From NCBI RefSeq assembly GCF_000011125.1, contig NC_000854.2, positions 1,620,001-1,652,000 of the forward strand: a stretch of DNA of 32,000 nucleotides. Direction: 5' to 3'. Each line of letters starts with the position of its first letter. Position 1 is the first letter of the stretch. The notes under the pieces are model-generated. The model was not told where the DNA came from and did no database searches. It saw nothing but the letters and a program-made list of their open reading frames with translations. Position numbers and translations under genes: made by a program. Shown here in pieces: positions 17,528 to 27,288 of this stretch. The DNA comes from Aeropyrum pernix K1 (lineage in GTDB: Archaea > Thermoproteota > Thermoprotei_A > Sulfolobales > Acidilobaceae).

Positions 17528-18424
17528 ATGGTATTCCACCCGATAGATATGTACGGGTGTTCTGGCTTAGCCGGCGGTACACAGGGAGGAGGCGCAGCGG
17601 GTGTACCGAATGATGTTAAATTACGCTGGTACAGGATAAGGCCCCCTCTAGTCAAGAGGAGCGGCATAACCGGGTGGGCTATAAACTTTGCGGTAGGGTG
17701 TACCCACGCATGTCCCTTCTGTTATGTCGACGCCATAAACAGGAGGTATCCCCGGAGGGGGCTTGAGGACCTCATAACTTCTACAGGCTGGGGAGGCTAT
17801 CTAGCGGTTCCCACTAACATCTTGGAGGCGATAAAGGAGACGCCGTGGTGGAGGTGGCGGGGTAGGGAGGTTTTCATGAGCAGCGCACACGACCCCTACC
17901 TGCCAGCATTGGCTCGGTGGGCCCGGGAGATTCTTAGGAGGGCGCTCCCAGCCGGGCTCAGAATAATACTGCACACTAGGAGTATCCTCTACAAGCGCGA
18001 TCTAAGGATGTTCGAGCAGTATAGAGATAGGATTAGGATCCACGCCTCCGTGGCTACAATGAGCAGGCTTCACAGGATAATCGAGCCAAGAGCCCCTCCT
18101 CCCCGTGTAAGGGTTAGAGTTCTGGCCGAGGCTTCCTCGAGAGGCTTGTCTACAGGAGCCTCCATATCACCTATACTCCCTCCAAACAAGTACAACCCCG
18201 ACGTGTACAATGACCTCCTTGCAGTAGCAGAGGCTCTAGCAGAGGCGGGGGTCGAGGTTGTATACGGGGAGAGCCTCCACAAGAGGGGTGATAACGTGAT
18301 GAGGCTCTCAAGCCTTCTGGGCACGGATTTGAACCTGAGAGGGTGGGACAGGCATGCCGAGAAGCTCTTCTACAGGGCTATCGGAGAGTACGGATTAAGG
18401 GGAGTATGGATTCCCGAGTGGTAG
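17528..18424 (+). CDS. Radical SAM superfamily protein (SplB-like)
   Basis: NFAVGCTHACPFCYVDAINRRY CxxxCxxC cluster motif. The internal ATG at 17528 avoids overlap with the divergent aminotransferase. Confidence 0.82.
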   Translation: MVFHPIDMYGCSGLAGGTQGGGAAGVPNDVKLRWYRIRPPLVKRSGITGWAINFAVGCTHACPFCYVDAINRRYPRRGLEDLITSTGWGGYLAVPTNILEAIKETPWWRWRGREVFMSSAHDPYLPALARWAREILRRALPAGLRIILHTRSILYKRDLRMFEQYRDRIRIHASVATMSRLHRIIEPRAPPPRVRVRVLAEASSRGLSTGASISPILPPNKYNPDVYNDLLAVAEALAEAGVEVVYGESLHKRGDNVMRLSSLLGTDLNLRGWDRHAEKLFYRAIGEYGLRGVWIPEW

Positions 18425-18432
18425 CCGGCTTC

Positions 18433-19284
18433 TCAGGCCTCCTTCACCCCGTTTATGGCCAGTGTGTAGCCAGCCGCCAGCAGGAATAGCGTTAGGACGG
18501 CTAGATAAGCTATCGACATTACCGGATCTTCCAGCGGCTTCCCCACAAGGTAGTATCTCACAAGGTCGGCCGCATGAGTGATCGGGTTTACCTGGGCTAC
18601 TGTTTTGAGCCAGTTCGGCATGAGGTCTATAGGGAAGAGGGCGCTAGAGCTGAACATGAGTGGTAGGTTGATGAGGTTAGCCAGGGCGAAGAGGACCTCC
18701 TGGTGGGTTATGTTGAAGGCCATGCCTGTGAATAGGGATGAGAGGCCTAGGCTCATGAGCATGAGCACCAGCCACGCCATTACGAGGTCAATTATGGTTA
18801 TACCGGGCTTGAGATGAAGCCCTAGGGGATAGGCTATAGCGAGGAGTATGAGGCTCAGCACGGTTATCCTGAACAGCGTGCCCAGGACCTTGGAGGCGAA
18901 TATGCTGAACCTGGGTATGGGGGAGGCGAGAAGCCTGGTTAGATAGCCTATCCTCCTGTCGAAGACGACCCCCACAGCCCCGAACATGCTCTGGAAGAGG
19001 CTGAACACTGCAAGCATACCTGTTGCAACGTATGTAAAGTAGTCTTGCGTCCCAAAAACGCTCTCGAGCCTCCAGGCCATAACAGTCCTGAGAGCCTCGG
19101 CCACCGCCGGATTTAGACTGGGATCGCTTGTTTGGACGAGGTTGTACAGGTTGAAGCTCTTCCCGAAAAGGGCTATCCAGAAGATGGGTGTGATTATGCT
19201 GACTAGGAGGACCGACCTCCGATTAACCCACTTGATTATTTCCCTCTTCGTTAGGATGAGGGTGGATACGATGATCTCCGCCAT
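18433..19284 (-). CDS. ABC-2 type transporter permease (DrrB-like)
   Basis: Six hydrophobic segments, ABC-2 pattern with NLINLPLMFSSSALFPIDLMPNWLKTVAQVNPITHAADLVRYYLVG; adjacent to its ATPase. Confidence 0.85.
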   Translation of the reverse strand: MAEIIVSTLILTKREIIKWVNRRSVLLVSIITPIFWIALFGKSFNLYNLVQTSDPSLNPAVAEALRTVMAWRLESVFGTQDYFTYVATGMLAVFSLFQSMFGAVGVVFDRRIGYLTRLLASPIPRFSIFASKVLGTLFRITVLSLILLAIAYPLGLHLKPGITIIDLVMAWLVLMLMSLGLSSLFTGMAFNITHQEVLFALANLINLPLMFSSSALFPIDLMPNWLKTVAQVNPITHAADLVRYYLVGKPLEDPVMSIAYLAVLTLFLLAAGYTLAINGVKEA

Positions 19285-19285
19285 T

Positions 19286-20287
19286 TCACCTCACCCCCCT
19301 GATCATCCTCCTGTACCTGAATGGGTCCAGGGGCTCTTCGCTCCCTCCTAGGGTTCTGCCTGTGAGTTCTATGAAGACGTCTTCGAGCGTCGCCCTGGTT
19401 ATGCTGATGGCCTTCACAGGAAAGCCGTTTAGAGCCCTGGCAAGCTCTGGCAACAGAGTGTCAGCCCGGTCTACCCTAACCGCAACCTTGCCCTCCACAA
19501 CGCTGGGTTCAAGGCCTAGTTTCTCTTTCAGTGCGAGTACGAGGGGCTCTGTGTATTCCGGATCCTTCAGCTCGATATAGACTGTCTCTCCCTTAACTCT
19601 AGCCTTCAGCTCTTCTGGAGTGCCCTCGGCAACGATTCTCCCCCTATCTATGATCGCCACCCTGTCTGAGAGCATCTCAGCCTCCTCCATGTAGTGTGTG
19701 GTTAGTAGTATGGTCACGGCGCTCCTTTTGAGGTCCTCGATATACCTCCACAGGCTTCTCCTCGAGTGGACGTCGAGGCCCAGGGTGGGCTCGTCCAGGA
19801 AGAGGACCTTAGGGCTGTGGACGAGGCTCATTGCTATCTCAAGCTTTCTCCTCATACCACCGCTGTATGTAGCCACCCTCCTGTGAGCCGCCTCCATAAG
19901 GTCGAGATAATCGAGGACCTCCCTAGTCCTCTCCCTTGCCTCGCTCGATGGCAGGCCGTAGAGCCTCGCCTGTATATACACGTTGTCCCAGCCGCTCATC
20001 TCATCATCAGCTGTCAGGTCCTGAGGGACTAGGCCTATGACCCTCCTAACATTTCCCGGCTCCCTCACTATACTGTAGCCAGCTATCCAAGCCTCGCCGC
20101 TTGTCGGCCTCAGGAGGGTACTCAGCATCTTTATAGTGGTAGTCTTGCCTGCGCCGTTAGGGCCTAGGAGGGAGAACAGCTCTCCCCTGGCTATCCTAAA
20201 GCTCACTCCGTCAACCGCCCTGAAGCCGCCATAATCTTTCACAAGCTCCTCAGCCACTACCATAGCTTCGCTTTCCAACGCGTTCAC
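19286..20287 (-). CDS. ABC transporter ATP-binding protein (DrrA-like)
   Basis: Walker A LLGPNGAGKTTTIKML, signature YSGGMRRKLEIAMSLV, Walker B KVLFLDEPTLGLD, H-loop LLTTHYMEEAE. Confidence 0.92.
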   Translation of the reverse strand: MNALESEAMVVAEELVKDYGGFRAVDGVSFRIARGELFSLLGPNGAGKTTTIKMLSTLLRPTSGEAWIAGYSIVREPGNVRRVIGLVPQDLTADDEMSGWDNVYIQARLYGLPSSEARERTREVLDYLDLMEAAHRRVATYSGGMRRKLEIAMSLVHSPKVLFLDEPTLGLDVHSRRSLWRYIEDLKRSAVTILLTTHYMEEAEMLSDRVAIIDRGRIVAEGTPEELKARVKGETVYIELKDPEYTEPLVLALKEKLGLEPSVVEGKVAVRVDRADTLLPELARALNGFPVKAISITRATLEDVFIELTGRTLGGSEEPLDPFRYRRMIRGVR

Positions 20288-20462
20288 CTTACTCTAAACC
20301 ATAACGAGTATTTCTAAAGTATATATATCTAAACCCAAGATAATATCTTTGGCTGTATGCTGGCTAACACGAGGACCTCGCCCGGGGCGGACCATATATT
20401 AGTAAGCCTGCTTACATGTAACTATAAGCTGGTTCAACGCAATCCCCTGATGGTGGCAAGTC

Positions 20463-21254
20463 GTGAGGAGGATTGGCCTGGAAGCTCTGGAACGCGTCCT
20501 CTACCCGGTCATACCTGTTGTGGTTACCGCAGAACACCAGGGCCGTGTAGGTGGTATGCTTGCTGCATGGTGGATGCAAGCCTCCTTCACACCCCCTATC
20601 CTGGCGGTGGCTATCGCTCCCGAGAGGTATACGTACAAGCTTGTACGTGAGAGCGGGGTATTCGCTTTCAACCTTCTAGACTTCAAGCTCGTAGATAAGG
20701 CTCCATTCCTAGGCGACGTGTCTGAGAGGCTACTGCCGGGTAAGATAAGGGAGGCTGGGTTAAACATTGTGAGAGGCGAGGTCCTAGGGGCTCCCCTGAT
20801 AGCTGAGGCTTCCGCTGCTGTTGAGCTTGAGCTTGTTGATGTCGTTGAGGCGGGTGACCACGACGTATTCCTAGGTGAGGCGAAGGCTGTTTACACCGTC
20901 GACGACTTCCGCGGGGGGATGTGGAGCCTGGAAACCTATAGGCCGCTGATGTATCTTGGCAGGACGAGGAGGCCCGGCCCGGTGTACAGGGTATACCTCA
21001 CTCCCCGGGGGTGGGAGAGAAGGGAGATCGAGTTCGCGGGCGGCAAGCTTAAACCACTGGCCGAGAAGAGGGTACGCCTGATCAGCAGGGTAGAGGAGGC
21101 TGTTAAGGCCAGTTCGAGCAGGGAGGAGGCTGTGGACGCCGTAAGAAGAATTCTCTCCGAGGAAGGCCTGGATCCAAGTGACGCGGAGTATCTCGTTGAG
21201 GACGCCCTCCGGAGGGCTAAGAGTTACCGGAGAAGGGGGCAGAGCAGCTCTTAG
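20463..21254 (+). CDS. Flavin reductase-like FMN-binding split-barrel protein
   Basis: VVVTAEHQGRVGGMLAAWWMQASFTPPILAVAIAPERYTYKLVRESGVFAFNLL pattern of flavin reductase-like domains; ~50-aa basic C-terminal extension. Confidence 0.78.
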   Translation: MRRIGLEALERVLYPVIPVVVTAEHQGRVGGMLAAWWMQASFTPPILAVAIAPERYTYKLVRESGVFAFNLLDFKLVDKAPFLGDVSERLLPGKIREAGLNIVRGEVLGAPLIAEASAAVELELVDVVEAGDHDVFLGEAKAVYTVDDFRGGMWSLETYRPLMYLGRTRRPGPVYRVYLTPRGWERREIEFAGGKLKPLAEKRVRLISRVEEAVKASSSREEAVDAVRRILSEEGLDPSDAEYLVEDALRRAKSYRRRGQSSS

Positions 21255-21513
21255 GAGTCTTTGGCAGCTTTATTCTGAGGCTCTCTTGCATCGGAAAGTC
21301 TAGCTATGTAACTGTTCCCCCTTTACTCCGTCCGATTTCTATGCTTTATCCCGATCGTGGGGGTCGCGATTGTCCAATTTTTAGCCGCATATTGCGGTAG
21401 CTAACTTGGTTTAAACCTTTCGTTGTAAGCTTGCAAATGTGTGTTTATGGTGGGCGGGTATTAGCGCCGTCCAACACCATATATGCCTTGGTGTATGGGG
21501 AGTGGGCGTCTCA

Positions 21514-22656
21514 GTGAGGCTAATGTACATGAGGGATGCCGACCCCCACCTCTTCAACCTACCAGCGGTGCTAGCTCATGCGTTCTCCTCAGGGGAGCTA
21601 GACTGGTTTGAACCGCTACTCATGGTTATGGAAGGGTTTAGCAGGCCCTTCACCTACATGGGCTATTATCAGGATGTCGACAGGGAGGTAGACCTTTCAA
21701 GCATGGAGAAGTATGGCGTGGAGCTTGTTAGGAGGTGGAAGCTAGGTTATGGAAACATTTTCATGGACCGTGTAACAGGCGCCTGGGCTCTAGCGATGCC
21801 ATCCCCCCTTTACCAGGAGTTCTTTAAAACCGCCAACGAAGCCTTCGACATACTTGTCGGCAGGGTGTTTCTCGATACAGTTAGGAAGCTTGGAGTGGAG
21901 AACTCGTACTACGCTCCTCCCAACGACATTAGGGTTAGGATAGACGAGAGTAGGAGCAAGAAGCTGTGCGGCACGGGAGTAGATATAGCCGGCGTGGGCG
22001 GTGATAGGAGCGCACTCTACTTCAACGCGTTTACGAACCTCCGCCACCCCGATCCCGAGCTGCCCTTCAAGGTCCTCAAGATACCCCGGGAGAAGATAAT
22101 AGAGAAGGGGTTCACGGATCCTAGGGAGTACTTTGCTTCTATAGAGGTTGACGGGGGCAGGCCTCCAAAGCCTGGTGAGTTCCGCGATATTCTGGTGGAG
22201 ACAGTCAGAGAGGTTATGGGTGTTGAGGTCGTGGAGGCAGGGCTTTCAAAGGAGGAGAAGATTATATGGGATAGGTATAAGGAGATGCTAACGTCCAGCA
22301 GGTTCAAGATGAGGAGGTCCACGAGACTGTTTAAAGCGTCAATGCCGCCCGGTACCCGATACGGCTTTGCCCAGATAAAGTACCGGAAGCTGGTGCAGGC
22401 TTCTGTAGCCGTTGACAGCGAGGGCATTATAAGAGCCGCCATGATCACCGGGGACTTCCAGCTGATACCGGCAGATGCTGACGAGGAGATAGTTAAGGCT
22501 ATACTTGGCTTTAAGCACAGCCAGTATGGCGAGGCTGCTGATAGGGTGAGGAGGCTTGTGGATGAGAGGGGGATTATGATAATAGGGGCTAGCGCAGAGG
22601 AGTTTATCAAGCCTGTTTTCTTAGCCGCGGAAAAAGCTTTGGAAGGAGGGGAGTAG
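21514..22656 (+). CDS. Lipoate-protein ligase A-like protein with divergent active-site motifs
   Basis: Two-part architecture: RRWKLGYGNIFMDRVTGAWALAM and NDIRVRID..SKKLCGTGVDI resemble degenerate RRxxGGGAVYHD and NDLLV-x-GRKISG blocks; C-terminal ASMPPGTRYGFAQIKYRKLVQASVAVDSEGIIRAAMITGDFQLIPAD resembles the LplA accessory domain. In-frame GTG 21514 (or ATG 21523) preferred over 21439. Confidence 0.6.
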   Translation: MRLMYMRDADPHLFNLPAVLAHAFSSGELDWFEPLLMVMEGFSRPFTYMGYYQDVDREVDLSSMEKYGVELVRRWKLGYGNIFMDRVTGAWALAMPSPLYQEFFKTANEAFDILVGRVFLDTVRKLGVENSYYAPPNDIRVRIDESRSKKLCGTGVDIAGVGGDRSALYFNAFTNLRHPDPELPFKVLKIPREKIIEKGFTDPREYFASIEVDGGRPPKPGEFRDILVETVREVMGVEVVEAGLSKEEKIIWDRYKEMLTSSRFKMRRSTRLFKASMPPGTRYGFAQIKYRKLVQASVAVDSEGIIRAAMITGDFQLIPADADEEIVKAILGFKHSQYGEAADRVRRLVDERGIMIIGASAEEFIKPVFLAAEKALEGGE

Positions 22657-22672
22657 GGGTAACCCTACGGGT

Positions 22673-23947
22673 CTACCTTGACCATACTCCCTTTTTAGTG
22701 TCAACCGCGTTCTCGGTTTTCGCCACTATAGTAGTCCCCACGAGGTCTCCTGTAACGTTCACCATTGTCCTGCCCATGTCTAGGATGACGTCTATACCCG
22801 CTATGAGGCCATAGGCTAGAGCTACTGTGGGGTCGGTGAGAGAGAGGCCTAGGGCCTCGAGGACTATGGCTAGCATTATCAATCCCGCCCCGGGGACGCC
22901 GGCGGTGCCTATGGATGCTAGTGTTGCCGCCAGGATTATCGAGAGCTGCTGGCCTATGGATAGGTCTATCCCGAGGGTGTTTGCTATGAAAAGGGCTGCT
23001 ACCGCCTGGTACATGGCCGTGCCGTCCATGTTTATTGTGGCGCCGAGGGGGAGTGTGAAGCTGAATATCCTCCTGTCTATTGCCAGCTCCTCCTCCGCAA
23101 CCTTCATCGTCACCGGGAGGGTGCCGCTGCTGCTCCTTGTTACGAAGGCCGTCGCCATCGCCTCCAGCGCTCCCTTGAAGAATTTCAACGGGCTGAAGCC
23201 GAAGAGCCTGAGTATCAGCGAGTAGACCCCCAGGACGTGTATGGCTAGGCCTATGTAGAGGGTGATCACGACAACGGCTAGAGGACCTAGGACGCCTGGG
23301 CCGGCTGTGGCCACGACATAGCCTATCAGGGCGAAGACGCCTATGGGAGCGTACTCCAGCACGCCCCTAACGATCTTGTACATGGACTCGGCGAGACCGT
23401 CGAACACCCTGTAGACAGTCTCGCCGCCGCTCCTTAGCCTGTCGTCCCGCGAGGACCTCAGCAGCGCTACAGCCACTCCCAGGACTATGGCGAAGAAGAT
23501 TATCTGCAGCACGTTACCCTCGGCCAGAGCCTTGAATGGGTTCGTGGGCACAATGTTTAGGAGGACCTCGCTAATGGGAGGGGGAGGCTTGACCTGTATC
23601 TCCTTCGCCTCCCCAGCCAGCTCCAGCCCGCGGCCAGGCTGGATTATGTTGGCCACAATGAGCCCGATAGTTATGGCGAAAGCTGTAGTGAACAAGTAGT
23701 AGACGAATATCTTGACGCCAACCCTGCCCAGGAGGCTGGCTGAGATACTCGCGGCACCTACTGCGAGGCTGAAGAACACTATGGGGGCCACTAGCATCTT
23801 CAGAAGCCTTATAAACAGGTCGCCCAAGGGCTTGAGATCGACCATCACTCCCCCGATAACGATACCAGCAATTATCCCGAGTACGAACCCAACAGCTATC
23901 TTGTATAGAACCGGAATCTCTATGTAACGCCTAAACACTGTTGACAA
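22673..23947 (-). CDS. gltP: DAACS-family dicarboxylate/glutamate:cation symporter (GltP/GltPh-like)
   Basis: [17 protein letters not shown] (HP1), [29 protein letters not shown] motifs. Confidence 0.93.
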   Translation of the reverse strand: MSTVFRRYIEIPVLYKIAVGFVLGIIAGIVIGGVMVDLKPLGDLFIRLLKMLVAPIVFFSLAVGAASISASLLGRVGVKIFVYYLFTTAFAITIGLIVANIIQPGRGLELAGEAKEIQVKPPPPISEVLLNIVPTNPFKALAEGNVLQIIFFAIVLGVAVALLRSSRDDRLRSGGETVYRVFDGLAESMYKIVRGVLEYAPIGVFALIGYVVATAGPGVLGPLAVVVITLYIGLAIHVLGVYSLILRLFGFSPLKFFKGALEAMATAFVTRSSSGTLPVTMKVAEEELAIDRRIFSFTLPLGATINMDGTAMYQAVAALFIANTLGIDLSIGQQLSIILAATLASIGTAGVPGAGLIMLAIVLEALGLSLTDPTVALAYGLIAGIDVILDMGRTMVNVTGDLVGTTIVAKTENAVDTKKGVWSR

Positions 23948-23983
23948 GAAAACCCACCCCCGACCTCCGGGCTTAAGAAGCCA

Positions 23984-24016
23984 GTCATATATATTGTTCC
24001 GGTCATATATATTGTT
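23984..24016. promoter_or_regulatory. Direct repeat GTCATATATATTGTT x2 in the gltP/MBL divergent intergenic region
   Basis: Perfect 15-nt copies at 23984-23998 and 24002-24016, period 18 bp. Confidence 0.6.
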
Positions 24017-24111
24017 ATTGCAAAGAGGGAGTTTAAACTCGCCCCAGCGACTCCTCTATATTTCTTCGGCCATGCCGTTACCAGGGGTGTTGAGGATGGG
24101 TGTTTGGCGGG

Positions 24112-25146
24112 ATGCCATTTAGGGTCGAGGCTTGGATCCCCATAGGTGATCTCGGGAGCGTCAATGTCTACGCCTTCACAGACGGAGCGTCAACAGTCCT
24201 AGTGGACTCTGGAATGTTCTCGGGGAAGAGCGTCTACACGCTTTTGAAGGGGCTTAGGAGGGTTGGAGTGGACCCTCGCTCGGTGGAGAGGATTGTAGTT
24301 ACCCACTACCATGTAGACCATCTCACGGGGGCTGCTATTTTATGTGAGGCTCTGGGGGCGGAGCTTATGCTTGCGCGGGGCGACCTAGAGCTCCTCCTAC
24401 GCGTTGGGGTGGAAGAGTATTTCCGAAGGGCCCTAGAGTTGCTAGCCCTAGCCGGGACTCCCAGGGAGGTTCTCGAGGAGATAAAGAGGTACTCGCCCGC
24501 CGTCAGGGTGGCTGAGGCTTATGGTGCTGTGGCAGAGCTGGGCCCAAAGCCTTTGGGGGAGGGTGATATCATTGAGATGCCGGGTCACGGGGATTATCTT
24601 GTGCTGGAGACTCCTGGCCACACGCCAGGCCACATAGTCCTGGTCTCTCATGGAAAGAGGGAGGTTCTGTTAGGCGATACTGTGCTCCCAGACATAACGC
24701 CGCACGTGTCCCTGCACAGCATAGATTCCGACCCCCTGGGGAACTACATGTCTAGCCTTTCCAGGATAGCGACTGAGACGGCTGGCTACCTTGGGCTCCC
24801 GGGCCACGGCAACCCTATGAAGGATGTGGCAGCTAGGGCTAGGCAGCTTACGAGGCACCACGTGGAGAGGCTTGAAGAGATTGTATACATACTTAGCAGG
24901 TTGGCTGGCGCGACCGCCTTCGAGGTCGCACAAAGAGTCGGGTGGAGCGTGGCTGGGGGTTGGAGAGGCCTTCCTCCTCTTGGCAAGTATCTCGCCCTCG
25001 GCGAGACTCTTTCACACCTAAGGAGGCTAGAGGTCCTGGGAGTTGTTGAGAGGCTCGAGGTTGAGGGGAAGTTGCGGTGGAGGCTGGCTGTGAACCCCCT
25101 TGATGCCGCCAGCCTTATAAAAGAGAGTTTTAGAGAGAGCGGTTAG
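24112..25146 (+). CDS. Metallo-beta-lactamase-fold hydrolase with C-terminal winged-helix-like domain
   Basis: VTHYHVDHLTG, LETPGHTPGHIVL, GHGNP motifs; C-terminal LSHLRRLEVLGVVERLEVEGKLRWRL. ATG 24112 preferred over the track start 24100. Confidence 0.87.
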   Translation: MPFRVEAWIPIGDLGSVNVYAFTDGASTVLVDSGMFSGKSVYTLLKGLRRVGVDPRSVERIVVTHYHVDHLTGAAILCEALGAELMLARGDLELLLRVGVEEYFRRALELLALAGTPREVLEEIKRYSPAVRVAEAYGAVAELGPKPLGEGDIIEMPGHGDYLVLETPGHTPGHIVLVSHGKREVLLGDTVLPDITPHVSLHSIDSDPLGNYMSSLSRIATETAGYLGLPGHGNPMKDVAARARQLTRHHVERLEEIVYILSRLAGATAFEVAQRVGWSVAGGWRGLPPLGKYLALGETLSHLRRLEVLGVVERLEVEGKLRWRLAVNPLDAASLIKESFRESG

Positions 25147-25286
25147 AGCGTTAAGACGCTGCCTGGCCGTCGATGCTTAACCTGCTATAAACGTGCATCA
25201 GGGGTAGAGTCTGCATCAATCAGAACCATTGGTTGCCGGTGAGGACCTCAAAGGGAGACGACTCGCCTGCGACCACCTGTGTCTGC

Positions 25287-26201
25287 TCACTCTTTAATGT
25301 AGGGGCGGCCTAGCCAGGCTGGCATCCTCGGCTTCCTGAGGGCTACTAGGGTGACTGCAGCCAGTGTTGCTATGTAGGGGATGGTGTTGACCAGGTTGCT
25401 TGCTGCTGTCGCCTCAAGGCTTATGTTGAGGTATATTGCGAGCGCCTCTGAGAAGCCAAACACGTAGCCGCCCAGCAGGGCCGCCAGGGGGTTCCAGCCG
25501 CTGAACGCCACGTTGGCGAGGGCGATGAAGCCCCGGCCCGCCGTCATGTTCTTAGCGAACACCCCCTGGTAGTCTATGCTGAGGTACGCCCCCGCTAGTC
25601 CCGCCATGAGCCCGGCGAACCCCGCTGCAGCTACCTGGTAGAGAGCCACGTTAACCCCCATAGCCTCCGCGCTCCTAGGATCCTCACCACAGGACCTCAG
25701 CCTCAGCCCAGCTATGGTCCTGTATAGGAAGAGCCAAACGATAACCCCGGCGGCGAGGGATAATGGCACCATGGGGCTTATCCTGACACCAGCTATCACG
25801 AAGCCTGGCATGGGCTCTACAGGGGGGCTGTTCGAGAAAGTACCCCATAGCATGTAGGTTCCAACCACTGTGGCTCCCGCCGAGAAGATGTTCAACCCTA
25901 CACCCGTAACTATCTGATCACCCTTAAGATACACACTCACAACGCCGTGGAGAACGCCTATAGACAGCCCCAAGAGAGCCCCCAAAAGGTAGCCTGCCAG
26001 AGGGCCCCAGCCCGTTAGGATGTAAACGGCCACAGCTGCCCACGCAGACGCAAGCATTATGCCCTCAAGCCCTATGTTCACAATCCCAGCCCTCTCAGAC
26101 GCTATCTCACCTATAGACGCTAGTGTTATAGGGACCATGGCTGATGCCGCGAGCAGGGCCAGACTAGTTAAGTCCTCTAGAACAACCTCCACCAGCGCCA
26201 A
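25287..26201 (-). CDS. Nucleoside/BMP-type ABC transporter permease 2
   Basis: LASIGEIASERAGIVNIGLEGIMLASAW, VGTGLNIFSAG motifs typical of YufQ/NupQ-like permeases. Confidence 0.88.
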   Translation of the reverse strand: MALVEVVLEDLTSLALLAASAMVPITLASIGEIASERAGIVNIGLEGIMLASAWAAVAVYILTGWGPLAGYLLGALLGLSIGVLHGVVSVYLKGDQIVTGVGLNIFSAGATVVGTYMLWGTFSNSPPVEPMPGFVIAGVRISPMVPLSLAAGVIVWLFLYRTIAGLRLRSCGEDPRSAEAMGVNVALYQVAAAGFAGLMAGLAGAYLSIDYQGVFAKNMTAGRGFIALANVAFSGWNPLAALLGGYVFGFSEALAIYLNISLEATAASNLVNTIPYIATLAAVTLVALRKPRMPAWLGRPYIKE

Positions 26202-26208
26202 CAGGCCC

Positions 26209-27288
26209 TCACCCCAGCCTTCCAGCTATAGAGCTGAGCCTCCGCGGTATGCCTGTGTATCTTAGGCCCGAGAGCGCTGCCACGGTGAATATAATCGCGC
26301 CGTTGACAACATCCGCAAGCTCAGCCGGAATCCGGGCAGTGACCTGTATCCTCTCGCTCCCAGACGCCAGGTCTCCCACGAAGAGGCTAGCAGCTACTAT
26401 GCCCAGAGGGTTATTCCTGCCGATAAGGGCTACCCCAATGCCCTCGAAGCCGTAGCCGAAGAGGCCTGAGAGGGTCGAATCTATCCTATAGCTGTGGCCC
26501 AATATTAGGAGGGCGCCGCCCAAGCCCGCCAGGACTCCCGCGGCGGCCATGGAGGCAAGCTTAACTCTACCGACAGCTACACCCCTGCTGGCCGCCGCAT
26601 ACTCGTTTGCTCCCGCAAACCGGTACCTGAGGCCGGGCACCGTCTTATATATAACTGTCCAGGCGGCCAGCGCCGTGGCAAGCGAGACGAAAACTATCAT
26701 GGGGAACCCTGACCTAAGATGCTCCTGGAGTGGCGGCGGCAGGAGCTCGCTTGGTATCCAGGGAATCCTAGCCTCCAGAGGCACCTCGAGGGTCAGGTGA
26801 GAGTACACGGGGTCCGCCAGATACTCGACGACAATGTACCTGAGGCTCCAGAACGCAATCCAGTTGAGCATTATTGTGCTGAGGACCTCGTTAATGTTCA
26901 GCTTCACCCTGAGGAGGCCGGCGAACAGCCCCATGAGGCCCCCTGCAACAGCAGCAGCCACCAATGCGGGGAGAGGGGTGTAGGGGAGTGTGAGGGCGGC
27001 CACTAGCGCGGCCGCCGCCCCCGCATACAGCTGCCCCTCCGCGCCTATATTGAAGAAACCCATCCTCAGGGGGATCGCGAACGCGAGGGCAGTCATAACC
27101 AGGATAGAGGACCTCACCAGAAATATCTCCGGATAGTAGATGAAGCTTAGGAGAATGTCGGCCACACCCCTCAGGGGGTCCGCTCCCCCGAGGGCGAGTA
27201 CGATAGCCCCCGCTACCAAGCCCAGGCCGACCGCCGCTAGAGTTAAGCTGAGGTCTCCCAGGCTTATGGCAACTGGTAGTCTAGGCAC
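26209..27288 (-). CDS. Nucleoside/BMP-type ABC transporter permease 1
   Basis: RMGFFNIGAEGQLYAGA, LKVKLNINEVLSTIMLNWIA, IAVALIGRNNPLG-like block typical of YufP-like permeases. In-frame GTG at 27288 leaves an 8-nt overlap with the ATPase instead of 59 nt. Confidence 0.87.
   Translation of the reverse strand: MPRLPVAISLGDLSLTLAAVGLGLVAGAIVLALGGADPLRGVADILLSFIYYPEIFLVRSSILVMTALAFAIPLRMGFFNIGAEGQLYAGAAAALVAALTLPYTPLPALVAAAVAGGLMGLFAGLLRVKLNINEVLSTIMLNWIAFWSLRYIVVEYLADPVYSHLTLEVPLEARIPWIPSELLPPPLQEHLRSGFPMIVFVSLATALAAWTVIYKTVPGLRYRFAGANEYAAASRGVAVGRVKLASMAAAGVLAGLGGALLILGHSYRIDSTLSGLFGYGFEGIGVALIGRNNPLGIVAASLFVGDLASGSERIQVTARIPAELADVVNGAIIFTVAALSGLRYTGIPRRLSSIAGRLG

Noticed and set aside
21474-21494. 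Small inverted repeat ACACCA-N9-TGGTGT upstream of the lipoate-ligase-like gene
   Set aside because: Only 6-bp arms with a 9-nt loop; a chance occurrence is likely and no T-run or conserved context was visible.
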